64,000 bases of DNA from Promethearchaeota archaeon (GTDB taxonomy: Archaea > Asgardarchaeota > Lokiarchaeia > Sigyniarchaeales > SOKP01): positions 192,001 to 256,000 of the forward strand of contig JAUVNS010000007.1 of assembly GCA_030599585.1 (NCBI GenBank). Reading direction: 5' to 3'. Each line of letters begins with the position of its first letter. Positions within the stretch are counted from its first letter, which is position 1. A model generated the notes under the pieces. It worked only from the letters and a program-made list of their open reading frames with translations. It had not been told where the DNA came from and did not search any database. Shown here in pieces: positions 10,246 to 20,940 of this stretch. The position numbers and the translations under genes are program-made.

Positions 10246-11625
10246 TTGAAATACCGAATAGAAAAAGATGTTTTAGGCGAAGTAGAAGTTCCAATTGACG
10301 TATATTGGGGAATTAATACTCAAAGAGCTGTTCAGAATTTCCAAATTAGTGGTAAGAAATTCCCTAACATATTTATCATGTCGTTAGCACAACTTAAAAA
10401 AGCGTGTCTATTAGCAAATATGGAGTTGGGGTTAATCGATAAAGAACTTGGAGCTGCGATCTTACAAGCCGTTGACGAGATCTTAAACGAAGAGAAACAC
10501 TTAGATCAATTTCCAATTGATATCTATCAAACTGGAAGCGGGACTCAAACAAACATGAACATGAACGAAGTCTTAGCTAATAGAGCCTCTCAAATCTTAG
10601 GATCTCCTATGGGCAAAAAACATCCAGTCCATCCTAATGATCACGTAAATAAAAGCCAATCTTCTAACGATGTTATCCCAAGTACGATGCATATATCAAC
10701 TGTGCAAATGATCCAAAAATTAATTCCAGTATTAAACAGTTTAAAAGATGTTCTCTCTACTAAAATTGAAGAATTCGAAGATATTATCAAAGTAGGAAGA
10801 ACTCATTTACAAGATGCTATCCCAATACCACTATCGTTAGAGTTTAAAGTGTACAAAAAACAAATTGAAATTAATATTGAGCGATTAAAACATGTAATAG
10901 ATGAATTATTATTCATCCCAATAGGTGGTACAGCTTTAGGGACAGGTTTGAATGCTCAAAAAGATTTTGACAAACTCACCGTATCCCACCTCTCAAAAAT
11001 AACTTCGCTATCCATTAAACTCAATCCAGTAAAAGCAGAAGGAATATCTTCACATAATACTATAGCTTACGCTAGCAGTAGTTTAAGACTTTTAGCATTA
11101 TCACTTTTAAAAATGGCAAACGATATACGATGGATGGGTAGTGGTCCAAGAGCGGGTCTTTCAGAATTAATTCTACCACAAAATGAACCAGGATCGTCTA
11201 TAATGCCTGGAAAAATTAACCCCACCCAATCTGAAGCTTTAATTCAAGTTTGTCTTCAAGTGATTGGAAATGATTCTGTCGTTACAAGTGGAGAAATGTA
11301 TGGAAGCATTTTGGATTTAAACATGAGTAAACCAGTTATGATCGTAAATGTTCTTGAATCCATTGACATTTTAATCGGTGGAATTAATTCTTTTACTGGC
11401 CACTGTTTAGTAGACTTAAAAGCAAACGCGGAACAAATCGATTCGAACTTAGAGCAAATGTTAATGCTTGTTACTAACCTTACACCGATAATAGGTTATG
11501 ACAAATGTTCTGAAATTGCCCAACGGGCTTATAACGAAGGTAAATCGTGTAAAGTAGTAATTAAAGAGATGGGTTTAAAAATCGATAATTTGGACGAACT
11601 TTTAGATCCTAAGAATATGGTGTAG
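10246..11625 (+). CDS. fumC: Class II fumarate hydratase
   Basis: QTGSGTQTNMNMNEV, HPNDHVNKSQSSND, GRTHLQDA, GSSIMPGKINP. Confidence 0.93.
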   Translation: MKYRIEKDVLGEVEVPIDVYWGINTQRAVQNFQISGKKFPNIFIMSLAQLKKACLLANMELGLIDKELGAAILQAVDEILNEEKHLDQFPIDIYQTGSGTQTNMNMNEVLANRASQILGSPMGKKHPVHPNDHVNKSQSSNDVIPSTMHISTVQMIQKLIPVLNSLKDVLSTKIEEFEDIIKVGRTHLQDAIPIPLSLEFKVYKKQIEINIERLKHVIDELLFIPIGGTALGTGLNAQKDFDKLTVSHLSKITSLSIKLNPVKAEGISSHNTIAYASSSLRLLALSLLKMANDIRWMGSGPRAGLSELILPQNEPGSSIMPGKINPTQSEALIQVCLQVIGNDSVVTSGEMYGSILDLNMSKPVMIVNVLESIDILIGGINSFTGHCLVDLKANAEQIDSNLEQMLMLVTNLTPIIGYDKCSEIAQRAYNEGKSCKVVIKEMGLKIDNLDELLDPKNMV

Positions 11626-11645
11626 GAGAATATAGAGGTGAAAGT

Positions 11646-12701
11646 ATGACATTAGAAGAAATGACATTAACTAAGGTTCGAGAGGAAGCTAAGAAGAAAC
11701 TCATGGGAGTCTGTGGAGTATATAAAATATGCGATGGAGATGCAATGCGAATCTGTCAAGGTCAAAGCTATGGAAGACCACTTGGATTTGGTGGAATTGG
11801 GAGCGGGGCTTCTTTTAATAACAATGTTCTAGCTTTGAAAAAATTGAAGCTAAAAATGAAAACAATCGGAGATCATTTTGAAGCAGATACTACATATGAT
11901 TTTTTTGGTAGAGAACTATCAATGCCAATAATGGGGGCGAGTATAGCAGGAATAAATAGTTTTGGTGGAGAAAAGGTAATTTCAGAGAAGGAATTCTGCC
12001 GTTCAGTGGTTCTTGGTTGTAAAGATGCGGGAACAATAGGTTGGCGGGGTGACACTTATACATATTCGCTTGATGAGTCTTATGGAATTGACGCAATTGT
12101 TGAAGCTAATGGACTTGGTGTGAAAATCGTGAAACCAAGAGAACAAAAAGTAATCATAGACTTCTTTAAAAAAGCTGAAAAAGCGGGAAGTGTAGCTGTT
12201 GGAGTAGATATTGATGGGTGTGGGTCTTATGCTATGGCTACTCACAATAAACCTGTCTTTAATAAAAATTTTGATGATCTTAAAGAATTAGTATCATCGA
12301 CGACATTACCCGTAATCATAAAAGGAATTATGAGTTTAGATGATGCTGTTGCCGCAAAAGATGCAGGGGCAGCTGCAATAGTTGTCTCTAATCATGGGGG
12401 GAGAGTTTTAGATCATACTCCTGGAACTGTAGAAGTTCTTCCTGAAATTGTTGCTGAACTTGAGGGAAAAACTCGAATAATCATAGACGGGGGATTTCGA
12501 ACTGGATACGATATTTTGAAAGCACTTGCCCTTGGTGCTGAATCTGTATTAATCGGGCGAGATATCGTTAGAGCTGCTGTTGGAGCTGGAATAGAAGGTG
12601 TTAGACTTCAAATGGAACATCTACAGAAAACTCTAGCAAAGGCGATGAAAATGACAAATTGTAAGGATTTAACAGAAGTTAATAGATTCATTCTATATTA
12701 A
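11646..12701 (+). CDS. FMN-dependent alpha-hydroxy-acid oxidase/dehydrogenase
   Basis: IIKGI, VVSNHGGRVLD, DGGFRTGYDILKALALGA, IGR. Confidence 0.92.
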   Translation: MTLEEMTLTKVREEAKKKLMGVCGVYKICDGDAMRICQGQSYGRPLGFGGIGSGASFNNNVLALKKLKLKMKTIGDHFEADTTYDFFGRELSMPIMGASIAGINSFGGEKVISEKEFCRSVVLGCKDAGTIGWRGDTYTYSLDESYGIDAIVEANGLGVKIVKPREQKVIIDFFKKAEKAGSVAVGVDIDGCGSYAMATHNKPVFNKNFDDLKELVSSTTLPVIIKGIMSLDDAVAAKDAGAAAIVVSNHGGRVLDHTPGTVEVLPEIVAELEGKTRIIIDGGFRTGYDILKALALGAESVLIGRDIVRAAVGAGIEGVRLQMEHLQKTLAKAMKMTNCKDLTEVNRFILY

Positions 12702-12727
12702 TTTTTTAATATCTCTTATTCTATCAC

Positions 12728-12805
12728 AAGCTTAAGAAATATTTATTATACCACTCTACTTTAAGGTATTAATAGGATTTAACAAGCAAATAAGGTATTT
12801 TAATC
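12728..12805 (+). repeat. Duplicated upstream/promoter region, copy 1 (citrate synthase 1)
   Basis: Shares aagcttaagaaatat, actttaaggta, taggatttaa-aagcaa-taaggta with 15566-15642 at the same spacing. Confidence 0.85.
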
Positions 12806-14053
12806 GTGAAAGAAGATAAGAGAAAAATTGGTGAAGATTATAGTGATGCTGAATCCGAGCTCAGCGAGCTAGATCACCCAAAAATACATAAAGGTTTGGT
12901 TGGACTCTATGTGGATGAGAGTTTGATTACATATATTGATGGAGAAAATGGAAAATTATACTATCGTGGTTATCCTGTTAAAGAATTATGTGAGAATTCC
13001 ACTTTTGAGGAAGTTGCTTATTTGCTTATATTTGGAAAACTTCCTAGCAATTCTGAGTTTAAAGAGTTTAAAGATTTATTAATAAAAGAAAGAAATATTC
13101 CAGATAATATCATTAGTCTTCTAAAAAGTTTTCCAAGGAACACTACAAGGATTGAACTCCTAAGAACTGCAATCTCTGCTCTTTCATTGTATGATCCAGA
13201 TGATTATGATTATACTGAACCAGCCAATATTAGGAAAGGGCTTAGAATTGTTGCCAAAATGCCAACTTTATTAGCATTTGCTCATAGGATTCAAACTAAT
13301 TTGCCTCTTGTAGAACCTTCTGAAGATCTTTCTCATTCTGCAAATTATTATTATATGATGACGGGAAAAATACCAACCACGGATTTTGAACAAGCCTTTG
13401 ATGATGTATTAATCTGTCATGCAGATCATTCTATTAATTCTTCAACATTCTCTTGTCGTGTAACCGTCTCAACACTTTCAGATATTTATAGTGGTATTAC
13501 AAGTGCTATAGGTACACTGAGAGGCCCTCTGCACGGTGGGGCAAATGAGGCGGTCATGAAATATATGGTTAATGAGATAAAAAGAAAAGAATTTGTTATT
13601 CCTTGGGCAGAGAAAAAATTTGGAAGAAAAGAAAAAATTATGGGATTTGGACATAGAGTATACAAAACTTGGGACCCAAGAGCTAAAATTTTAAGAGGTC
13701 TATCAATGGGTTTTTATAAGAAAGCTCTAAATGGGGAATTAATTGATAAAATTCCTAATAATGGACATGACATCCACGATGAGGTTGATTATATCGTAGA
13801 AATGACTGAGATTCTCAATGATTATGTAATCAAAACTAAGAATATATATCCTAATGTAGATTTATATTCCGCAGGATTATTGCATATATTAGGAATTCCT
13901 ACAGCATCTTTTACACCATTATTCGCAGCAAGTAGATCGGCAGGATGGGTTGCTCACGCCATAGAACAACTTAAAGATAACAAACTAATCAGGCCTAGGC
14001 TTCGATATATTGGTGAACTAGATAAAAAATACGCGAAAATTGAAGAGAGATAA
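12806..14053 (+). CDS. gltA: Citrate synthase (or 2-methylcitrate synthase), paralog 1
   Basis: GKLYYRGY, GPLHGGAN, MGFGHRVYK, YPNVD, GWVAH, LIRPR. Confidence 0.92.
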   Translation: MKEDKRKIGEDYSDAESELSELDHPKIHKGLVGLYVDESLITYIDGENGKLYYRGYPVKELCENSTFEEVAYLLIFGKLPSNSEFKEFKDLLIKERNIPDNIISLLKSFPRNTTRIELLRTAISALSLYDPDDYDYTEPANIRKGLRIVAKMPTLLAFAHRIQTNLPLVEPSEDLSHSANYYYMMTGKIPTTDFEQAFDDVLICHADHSINSSTFSCRVTVSTLSDIYSGITSAIGTLRGPLHGGANEAVMKYMVNEIKRKEFVIPWAEKKFGRKEKIMGFGHRVYKTWDPRAKILRGLSMGFYKKALNGELIDKIPNNGHDIHDEVDYIVEMTEILNDYVIKTKNIYPNVDLYSAGLLHILGIPTASFTPLFAASRSAGWVAHAIEQLKDNKLIRPRLRYIGELDKKYAKIEER

Positions 14054-14121
14054 GTAAATTAAATGAATATAATTGTTACCAATCTCTATCTATCAAAGGC
14101 AAGCGTATTAAGTGTAGAATT

Positions 14122-15489
14122 TTGAATCAGCCCATTACTCGATCTAAAGATGAGAAATCATCTAAAGTTATAACAAGAACCCCAGATTTTAATTCGATGA
14201 TCCGAATTACTTTTTGGAACGGGTTAGGCTTTATCTTCTTCACATTTATTAAATCTTATGTCGTAATTTATTTTTTTGGAGGTTCTGGATTTGATTTAGG
14301 AATAATTATGGCATTGCAACCCTTAGCAAGACTCTTTTCAATGCCCTTAATTGCTTATTTAACAGATCGAGCTTCAAAGAAACGATTAGTCTTGATTGGT
14401 TCCGTAGGTCGAACAATAGCTTACATATTTTACTGGTTCTCACTTGTCGTTAATGATCTTTATTTATTTGGCGCAGGAACATTAATTCAAGGATTACTTG
14501 TTGGATTTTTCTGGCCGCCTTTTTATTCCTTGATTTCAGAGAAATCATTTAAAGGTAGTAGAACTCAAGCATTAGCAACAGGAAGAGGAAAAATGATTGG
14601 ATATGGATTTGTAATTGGAGCTTTAATTAGTATTCCTATTTTTGCTTTTTTTAGCTTTATAATGCCTGAGAATATTCCATTAATCTATAGCCCACTTCTG
14701 ATATTTGCCTTTATCAATTTAATTGCGGGACATCGTTTTTATTTGAAAGTAGACGAAAATCTCACTTTTGAAAAATATATCACTTCATTAGACGGTCATA
14801 ACATTAAACTTCCGGTTTTAAACGAGAATAAAACTACTGATGTCGGGACAAAAGAAGCTCATGAGACTAAATCGAATAGGTTTTTCAATATCGGTTTTAT
14901 CACTTTAATCATTGCAATATTAGTAACTTCTATTAGTGGAACAATCTATTCACCTTTCGTTTCAGCTTACTTAATTGAAAACTTGTTAATCGGCTTTACT
15001 GAGACAATTATTCCCATTGTCGTCATGATCGTCTATTTTCCTGCCCAAGTTTTTTCACAATTACTCGTATCAAAAGTAGGGAAATTACTTGACCATATAT
15101 CTCCCACTAAAAGTATCGTAACAATCAACCTGTTTAAATCTTTATTAATATGGCTTCTTGTTTTTACATTCACACCATACGATTTCGCGATAATTCTGAT
15201 TTTCTTGTATTTGGCATTAGAATCTAACACATACTTCATCCAAGCAATAATGAGTAGAATTTCAATTAAACATAGAGGAAAGATGTTTGGCTTGAACATT
15301 TGGATTGATCAATTAGGAAGGGTAATCGGACCATTAATTGGTGGAATTTTATGGGATTCATTGTCATATAGCGCTCCATTTATAGTCTCCATTTTTATTG
15401 GATTAGGCCTTATACCGATTTTTATTATCGCAATTAAAAAATTGAACTTTCATTTAGTTGAACAAGTTGAAAGAGATAAAAAAAAATAA
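14122..15489 (+). CDS. MFS transporter
   Basis: About 12 hydrophobic helices, LTDRASKK motif A, RGKMFG, GPLIGG. Confidence 0.88.
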   Translation: MNQPITRSKDEKSSKVITRTPDFNSMIRITFWNGLGFIFFTFIKSYVVIYFFGGSGFDLGIIMALQPLARLFSMPLIAYLTDRASKKRLVLIGSVGRTIAYIFYWFSLVVNDLYLFGAGTLIQGLLVGFFWPPFYSLISEKSFKGSRTQALATGRGKMIGYGFVIGALISIPIFAFFSFIMPENIPLIYSPLLIFAFINLIAGHRFYLKVDENLTFEKYITSLDGHNIKLPVLNENKTTDVGTKEAHETKSNRFFNIGFITLIIAILVTSISGTIYSPFVSAYLIENLLIGFTETIIPIVVMIVYFPAQVFSQLLVSKVGKLLDHISPTKSIVTINLFKSLLIWLLVFTFTPYDFAIILIFLYLALESNTYFIQAIMSRISIKHRGKMFGLNIWIDQLGRVIGPLIGGILWDSLSYSAPFIVSIFIGLGLIPIFIIAIKKLNFHLVEQVERDKKK

Positions 15490-15565
15490 AATCTAAATGA
15501 GTTTCAAATTCTAGCATTGTTTATTGTATCGTTTCTCTTATTTGTTTTCAAAATTAATGATTTAA

Positions 15566-15642
15566 AAGCTTAAGAAATATATATCTTTCTTTTTTACTTT
15601 AAGGTAGTTTTAGGATTTAATAAGCAACTAAGGTAACTAATT
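15566..15642 (+). repeat. Duplicated upstream/promoter region, copy 2 (citrate synthase 2)
   Basis: Aligns with 12728-12805. Confidence 0.85.
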
Positions 15643-16890
15643 ATGAAAAAAGATACTCGTAAAATAAAAGAAGATTATATAGCAGAAGGACCTCAACTCT
15701 GCAATCTTGATAGATCAAAAACATATAAGGGATTGGTCGGAATTTATGTTGATGAAAGTTTAATTACTTTGATTGATGGGGAAAAGGGTAAGTTATATTA
15801 TAGAGGATATCCACTTAAGGATTTGGTAAACAATTCAAGTTTCGAAGAAGTCGCTTACCTCTTAATCTATGGAAATTTACCAACCGTTTCTGAACTCGAA
15901 ATATTTAAGAACGAGCTGATAAAAGAGCGCACTATCCCAGACAGCATCGTGACAATTTTAAAAAGTTATCCTCGGAATACTACTCGAATTGAATTGTTAA
16001 GGACTTCGGTTTCTGCGTTGTCTCTTTATGATGCTGACGATTATGTCTATACAGAAGAAGCAAACATTAGAAAGGGAATTAGGATAATAGCTAAAATACC
16101 AACAATTCTCGCGTTTGCTCATAGAATTCAAGAAAACCTATCATTAGTAGAACCATCAGAAGACCTTTCTCATGCTGGAAATTACTATTATATGATGACT
16201 GGAAAGAAACCAAGCAAGGATTTTGAGAGAGCTTTCGATAAAATTCTCATTTGTCACGCAGACCATTCGATAAATTCATCTACTTTCTCATGTCGAGTAA
16301 CTGTATCTACATTATCTGATATATATAGTGGAATAACAAGCGCTATTGGAACTCTTAGAGGGCCACTACATGGTGGTGCGAACGAGAGAGTAGTTAGATT
16401 AATGCTCGAAGAGATTAAAAAAAAAGAAAATGTTATTCCTTGGGTCAAAAATAAGCTGGAGAATAAAGAAAAGGTCATGGGTTTCGGTCATCGTGTCTAT
16501 AAGACGTGGGATCCACGCGCTATTATCCTCCGAGCTTTGTCTAAAGAATTTTGGGAAAAAGAAGAGAGTGGAAAGATTGATAAAATCCCTGACCAAGAAC
16601 ATGAAGCACATCGTGGAGATATTGATAATATTTTTCAGATGACTGAAATGCTCACTGATTATATTATCAAAACAAAAAATATTTACCCGAATGTAGACTT
16701 ATATTCTGCGGGATTACTTCACGTTTTAGGAATACCAACGCCATTATTCACGCCGTTATTTGCAGCGAGTAGATCCGCAGGATGGGTTGCTCACGCTCTT
16801 GAACAGCTCAAGGACAATAAATTGATTAGACCAAGACTTCGATATATTGGTGAGTTAGATAAAAAATACGTAAAAATTGAAGAAAGGTAA
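15643..16890 (+). CDS. gltA: Citrate synthase (or 2-methylcitrate synthase), paralog 2
   Basis: Same catalytic motifs (LHGGAN, GHRVYK, NVD); 415 aa like paralog 1; abuts acnA. Confidence 0.92.
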   Translation: MKKDTRKIKEDYIAEGPQLCNLDRSKTYKGLVGIYVDESLITLIDGEKGKLYYRGYPLKDLVNNSSFEEVAYLLIYGNLPTVSELEIFKNELIKERTIPDSIVTILKSYPRNTTRIELLRTSVSALSLYDADDYVYTEEANIRKGIRIIAKIPTILAFAHRIQENLSLVEPSEDLSHAGNYYYMMTGKKPSKDFERAFDKILICHADHSINSSTFSCRVTVSTLSDIYSGITSAIGTLRGPLHGGANERVVRLMLEEIKKKENVIPWVKNKLENKEKVMGFGHRVYKTWDPRAIILRALSKEFWEKEESGKIDKIPDQEHEAHRGDIDNIFQMTEMLTDYIIKTKNIYPNVDLYSAGLLHVLGIPTPLFTPLFAASRSAGWVAHALEQLKDNKLIRPRLRYIGELDKKYVKIEER

Positions 16891-19572
16891 GTGGATAACA
16901 TGAACGAAATCGAAATTCAGAAAAAATTCAGGGAAGAAATTAATAATAAAGACGGTATTGCATCAATTTACAATCTTAAAAAATTAAAAACGCTTGGTTT
17001 TGGAGATATAGATAAATTACCATATTCTTTAAGAATATTGCTTGAGAATGTTATTCGTAATTTAGATGGAGAAGTTGTAACAGAAGCAAATTTCCTTGCA
17101 CTCTCCACATGGGTGCCAAATCAAAAGGAAAAAAAAGAAATTCCATATATTCCTTCAAGAGTATTACTTCAAGACTTTACTGGCGTGCCCGCCGTTGTTG
17201 ATCTCGCAGCTTTAAGATCAGCTATAAAAAGAGCAGGAAAAGATCCTGATACAATTAATCCTCTTATCCCCGTAGATTTAGTCATTGACCATTCAATCCA
17301 AGTTGATTATTATGGGACTAACGACGCACTAAAATTGAATGAAGAGAAGGAATTTGAGCGCAACTATGAGCGATATGTATTTTTAAAATGGGCTCAAACA
17401 GTTTTTAACAACTTTCGTGTAGTTCCTACAAGTAGAGGTATATGTCATCAAGTAAATTTAGAATATCTTGCCTCTGTTGTTCAATTAAGGGAAGATAAAG
17501 GAGAGTTATATGCATTCCCCGATACATTAGTAGGTACTGATTCACATACTACAATGATTAATGGATTAGGAGTTTTGGGATGGGGTGTTGGTGGAATTGA
17601 GGCTGAAGCAGTCATTTTAGGGCAGCCATACTATATGAATATTCCCGAAGTAGTTGGTGTTAAATTAATTGGTGAACCTCAAGATGGAATTACTGCTACT
17701 GATGTAGTCCTCACTATTACTCAAATTCTTAGAGCCCACGGTGTAGTTGGTAAGTTTGTTGAATTCTATGGGCCAAGTCTTGACAAGTTAAGGCTACCAG
17801 ATCGAGCTACGATTGCAAATATGGCTCCTGAATACGGTGCTACAATGGGATTTTTTCCTGTAGATGATAAAACCATAGACTATCTTATTTTGAGTGGTCG
17901 CGAAAAAGAGCACATTGAATTTGTAAGGGAATATTTAAAAAAAGTAGGTCTGTATTATGCTCCATCTACATCAACTCCAAATTTTAGTGAAACCTTAGAA
18001 ATTAATTTAACTGAGATAGAGCCTAGTTTAGCAGGACCAAAGAGACCACAAGATAGAATTTCTCTTAAAGATATGAGAAAAGAATTTATCAATCAACTAA
18101 AAACTTCTTATACCAAATCAGACGAAGTAGACTTAATAGCTGGTATTGATTCCGGCACCCTTAAACATGGGTCAGTTGTTATAGCGGCAATCACCTCATG
18201 CACAAATACTTCCAATCCTTCAGTTATGGTTGGAGCAGGAATGATTGCGAAAGCTGCTGTCGATAAGGGTTTAAAAGTCAAAAAACATGTTAAAACCAGT
18301 TTTGCTCCCGGATCTCGAGTTGTTAGAGATTATTTAGAAAGCGCTGGATTATTACCTTATCTTGAAGAATTAGGATTTAATATTGTTGGTTATGGTTGTA
18401 CTACTTGCATTGGAAATAGTGGACCACTCTCTAGTGATATAATTAAAAAAATCGAGGATAAAAATCTCACAGTTGCTTCAGTTCTTAGCGGGAATCGCAA
18501 TTTCGAAGGCAGAATCAGTCCTTACACAAAAGCAAATTACTTAGCATCACCCCCCTTAGTAGTTGCTTACGCAATAGCAGGTACTATTGCAATTGATCTT
18601 GAAAATGAATCCTTAGGTCTAGATTCAGAGGGAAATCCCGTATTCTTAAAAGATATTTGGCCATCTCATAAAGAATGTCAACAAATTTACATGAGTAACG
18701 TCAACCCAGATCAATTTACTAAAGAATATGGAGAAATTTTTAAAGGGTGGGAATTATGGAATAATTTAAAACCTCCAACAGAGAATGTCTATAAATGGGA
18801 AGAACAATCTACTTATGTAAGAGAGCCTCCTTTTTTCATGAATTTTCCCCTAGATACTCCTCCCTTAAAGGACATAGAAAGCGCAAAAATTCTTGCAATT
18901 TTAGGTGAAAGTGTAACTACCGACCATATTTCTCCAGCAGGAGCAATACCTGAAGAAATGCCTGCAGGGCGTTATCTAATTTCAAAAGGAATCGAACCTG
19001 AAGATTTCAATTCTTTTGGCTCTAGAAGGGGCAATCACGAGGTAATGATGAGGGGAACATTTGGAAACATACGAATCAAGAATTTACTTGTCGATAAAGA
19101 AGGTGGTTGGACACTTTATCATCCTACGGGAGAAATAATGCCATTATATGATGCAGCTATGAAATACATTGCTTCTGAAACGCCATTGATAGTTATTGCT
19201 GGAAATGATTACGGAATGGGGAGTTCTCGAGATTGGGCAGCTAAAGGTACCCAACTACAAGGAGTAAAAGCAGTTATCGCTGAATCGTTCGAAAGAATTC
19301 ACAGAAGCAATCTTGTAGGAATGGGCGTTTTGCCCTTAGAATTCAAAAAAGGAGAATCTGCAACAACTTTAAAACTAAAGGGAAATGAAACAATTACTAT
19401 CTCTGGAATAAAGAATATTAAGCCTTTCTCTGATCTGACAGTGAGAGTGAAAAAAGAAAATGGAGACATTTTTACATTTGATGTAGTCGTAAGACTTGAT
19501 AGTGAGGTAGATATTGAATATTACCAAAATGGCGGAATATTACATACAGTTCTAAGGAAAATGTTAAATTAG
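16891..19572 (+). CDS. acnA: Aconitate hydratase AcnA (IRP-like); alternative start ATG 16900
   Basis: RVLLQDFTG, DLVIDHS, GTDSHT, AAITSCTNTSNP, GYGCTTCIGNSG, TTDHISP, GSSRDWAAKG. Confidence 0.96.
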   Translation: MDNMNEIEIQKKFREEINNKDGIASIYNLKKLKTLGFGDIDKLPYSLRILLENVIRNLDGEVVTEANFLALSTWVPNQKEKKEIPYIPSRVLLQDFTGVPAVVDLAALRSAIKRAGKDPDTINPLIPVDLVIDHSIQVDYYGTNDALKLNEEKEFERNYERYVFLKWAQTVFNNFRVVPTSRGICHQVNLEYLASVVQLREDKGELYAFPDTLVGTDSHTTMINGLGVLGWGVGGIEAEAVILGQPYYMNIPEVVGVKLIGEPQDGITATDVVLTITQILRAHGVVGKFVEFYGPSLDKLRLPDRATIANMAPEYGATMGFFPVDDKTIDYLILSGREKEHIEFVREYLKKVGLYYAPSTSTPNFSETLEINLTEIEPSLAGPKRPQDRISLKDMRKEFINQLKTSYTKSDEVDLIAGIDSGTLKHGSVVIAAITSCTNTSNPSVMVGAGMIAKAAVDKGLKVKKHVKTSFAPGSRVVRDYLESAGLLPYLEELGFNIVGYGCTTCIGNSGPLSSDIIKKIEDKNLTVASVLSGNRNFEGRISPYTKANYLASPPLVVAYAIAGTIAIDLENESLGLDSEGNPVFLKDIWPSHKECQQIYMSNVNPDQFTKEYGEIFKGWELWNNLKPPTENVYKWEEQSTYVREPPFFMNFPLDTPPLKDIESAKILAILGESVTTDHISPAGAIPEEMPAGRYLISKGIEPEDFNSFGSRRGNHEVMMRGTFGNIRIKNLLVDKEGGWTLYHPTGEIMPLYDAAMKYIASETPLIVIAGNDYGMGSSRDWAAKGTQLQGVKAVIAESFERIHRSNLVGMGVLPLEFKKGESATTLKLKGNETITISGIKNIKPFSDLTVRVKKENGDIFTFDVVVRLDSEVDIEYYQNGGILHTVLRKMLN

Positions 19573-20601
19573 ATCGCTTAATCTAAAATGTTGATATTCA
19601 TTTTTCTCTTGAGTAGCTGGGAAAAATTTCAAATCTATATCCTCACCTTCTTTCATTTCTACTAATGCAGTGCCATTTGTTTGGAATCTATTTCCAGTTT
19701 CTCGAAACTTTACAAACACCGAATCATCAGAAAGAACTCGAAGTAATCCTTCAGCATTCTTTTCTACATTATAAAGTAATTTAAGTCCACCTTCTAGCCT
19801 TTCCTTGGAAATAGATCCTTCCCCAATAGGAAAGTTCTTTGGACTAAAACCTTCTGAAATATAATGATTCGTATGAAAAAATCGATCCGTAATATCTGTC
19901 CTATAAGAAGCATTACCAGTAGTCTCTAGATTTACCGCAACATTTGTTTTTAAAGAACTTATGTTGTAGTTAGCTCCGCCAGAACGCGGGTTATATCTTT
20001 GGGCTGCAAAAAGTGCATCCTCAATAGTTTTCTGTTCAAGCATATTTCTTCCAAGAAAAATACGAGATATACCTACGCTTTTTGCAGGATCTGGTAATGA
20101 ATTACAACAAAAAAAGATTCCATGAGAATTAAATCCAAACGACATTCCAGGTAAGATTCCGGGATATGAATACGCGAAGAAAGAGGTCCCATTTTCTAAT
20201 TCTTCGTATAAGAAATACGCATTTTTACCCATAATTGGATGCGCATCTTCATTATGAGCAATTAAAGTATTTCTTTCAAATTTAAAAATCCCTGTTGAAC
20301 AATTATCTGCTCTTGGCATGTGTTTATAATTATGAATGAAAATATCGCGAAATTCTATTCCAGATCCTTCGGCATAACCCTTGAGCTCTTCCATGTATTG
20401 TGGAAAATATTTCTCTGAAATGTTCTTTACTTTGTTTAATCTCTCGGGATTTTTTTCGTCCCATTCTTTATTTTCTTTAAAAGCAGGTAAATTGTCTAAA
20501 GTATTCTTTATTCGATCCCTAAAGTGCTGTCCAATTTGAAATCCGATTTCGTAATTGGTTCCACTAACTCTTAAAAACGGAAGTGTATCTTGAGTATTCA
20601 T
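19564..20601 (-). CDS. C45-family (Ntn-hydrolase) acyltransferase/peptidase
   Basis: GTNYEIGFQIG, autoproteolytic Cys in DNCST, AHNED, GFNSHG, HTNHY. Confidence 0.85.
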   Translation of the reverse strand: MNTQDTLPFLRVSGTNYEIGFQIGQHFRDRIKNTLDNLPAFKENKEWDEKNPERLNKVKNISEKYFPQYMEELKGYAEGSGIEFRDIFIHNYKHMPRADNCSTGIFKFERNTLIAHNEDAHPIMGKNAYFLYEELENGTSFFAYSYPGILPGMSFGFNSHGIFFCCNSLPDPAKSVGISRIFLGRNMLEQKTIEDALFAAQRYNPRSGGANYNISSLKTNVAVNLETTGNASYRTDITDRFFHTNHYISEGFSPKNFPIGEGSISKERLEGGLKLLYNVEKNAEGLLRVLSDDSVFVKFRETGNRFQTNGTALVEMKEGEDIDLKFFPATQEKNEYQHFRLSDLI

Positions 20602-20770
20602 ATTATGAAAAAAGTAAGCTGATTTTTAATTATTATAATTATTTATCCAATTAAATAAAATATTTTTTATAAAATTATTCAAATGGATAATATAATATTT
20701 TAAGTAATATCGGGATTTAAAAAAAAAAGAATGCTTAGAACCAAAATTAAAAATTGAGTTATATTGATAA

Positions 20771-20926
20771 TCTAACATACTAAATATTAACGAAGGTTGG
20801 GGGATTGACCAATTCAAAAAGAGAAGCGTTAAGTATCTCACTCACAACATAATATATACAGTACAAGAAAATATTTATGAACCTAATATGCACATGGATG
20901 ATGTGGCGGTACAAATAAAAAAATAA
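20771..20926 (+). pseudogene. 3' remnant of a molybdopterin (DMSO-reductase family) catalytic subunit
   Basis: Start-less frame SNILNINEGWGIDQFKKRSVKYLTHNIIYTVQENIYEPNMHMDDVAVQIKK* resembles a Mo-bisPGD domain IV C-terminus; ends 14 nt before a DmsB-like gene. Confidence 0.65.
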
Positions 20927-20940
20927 GAGGATGCAGAAAT

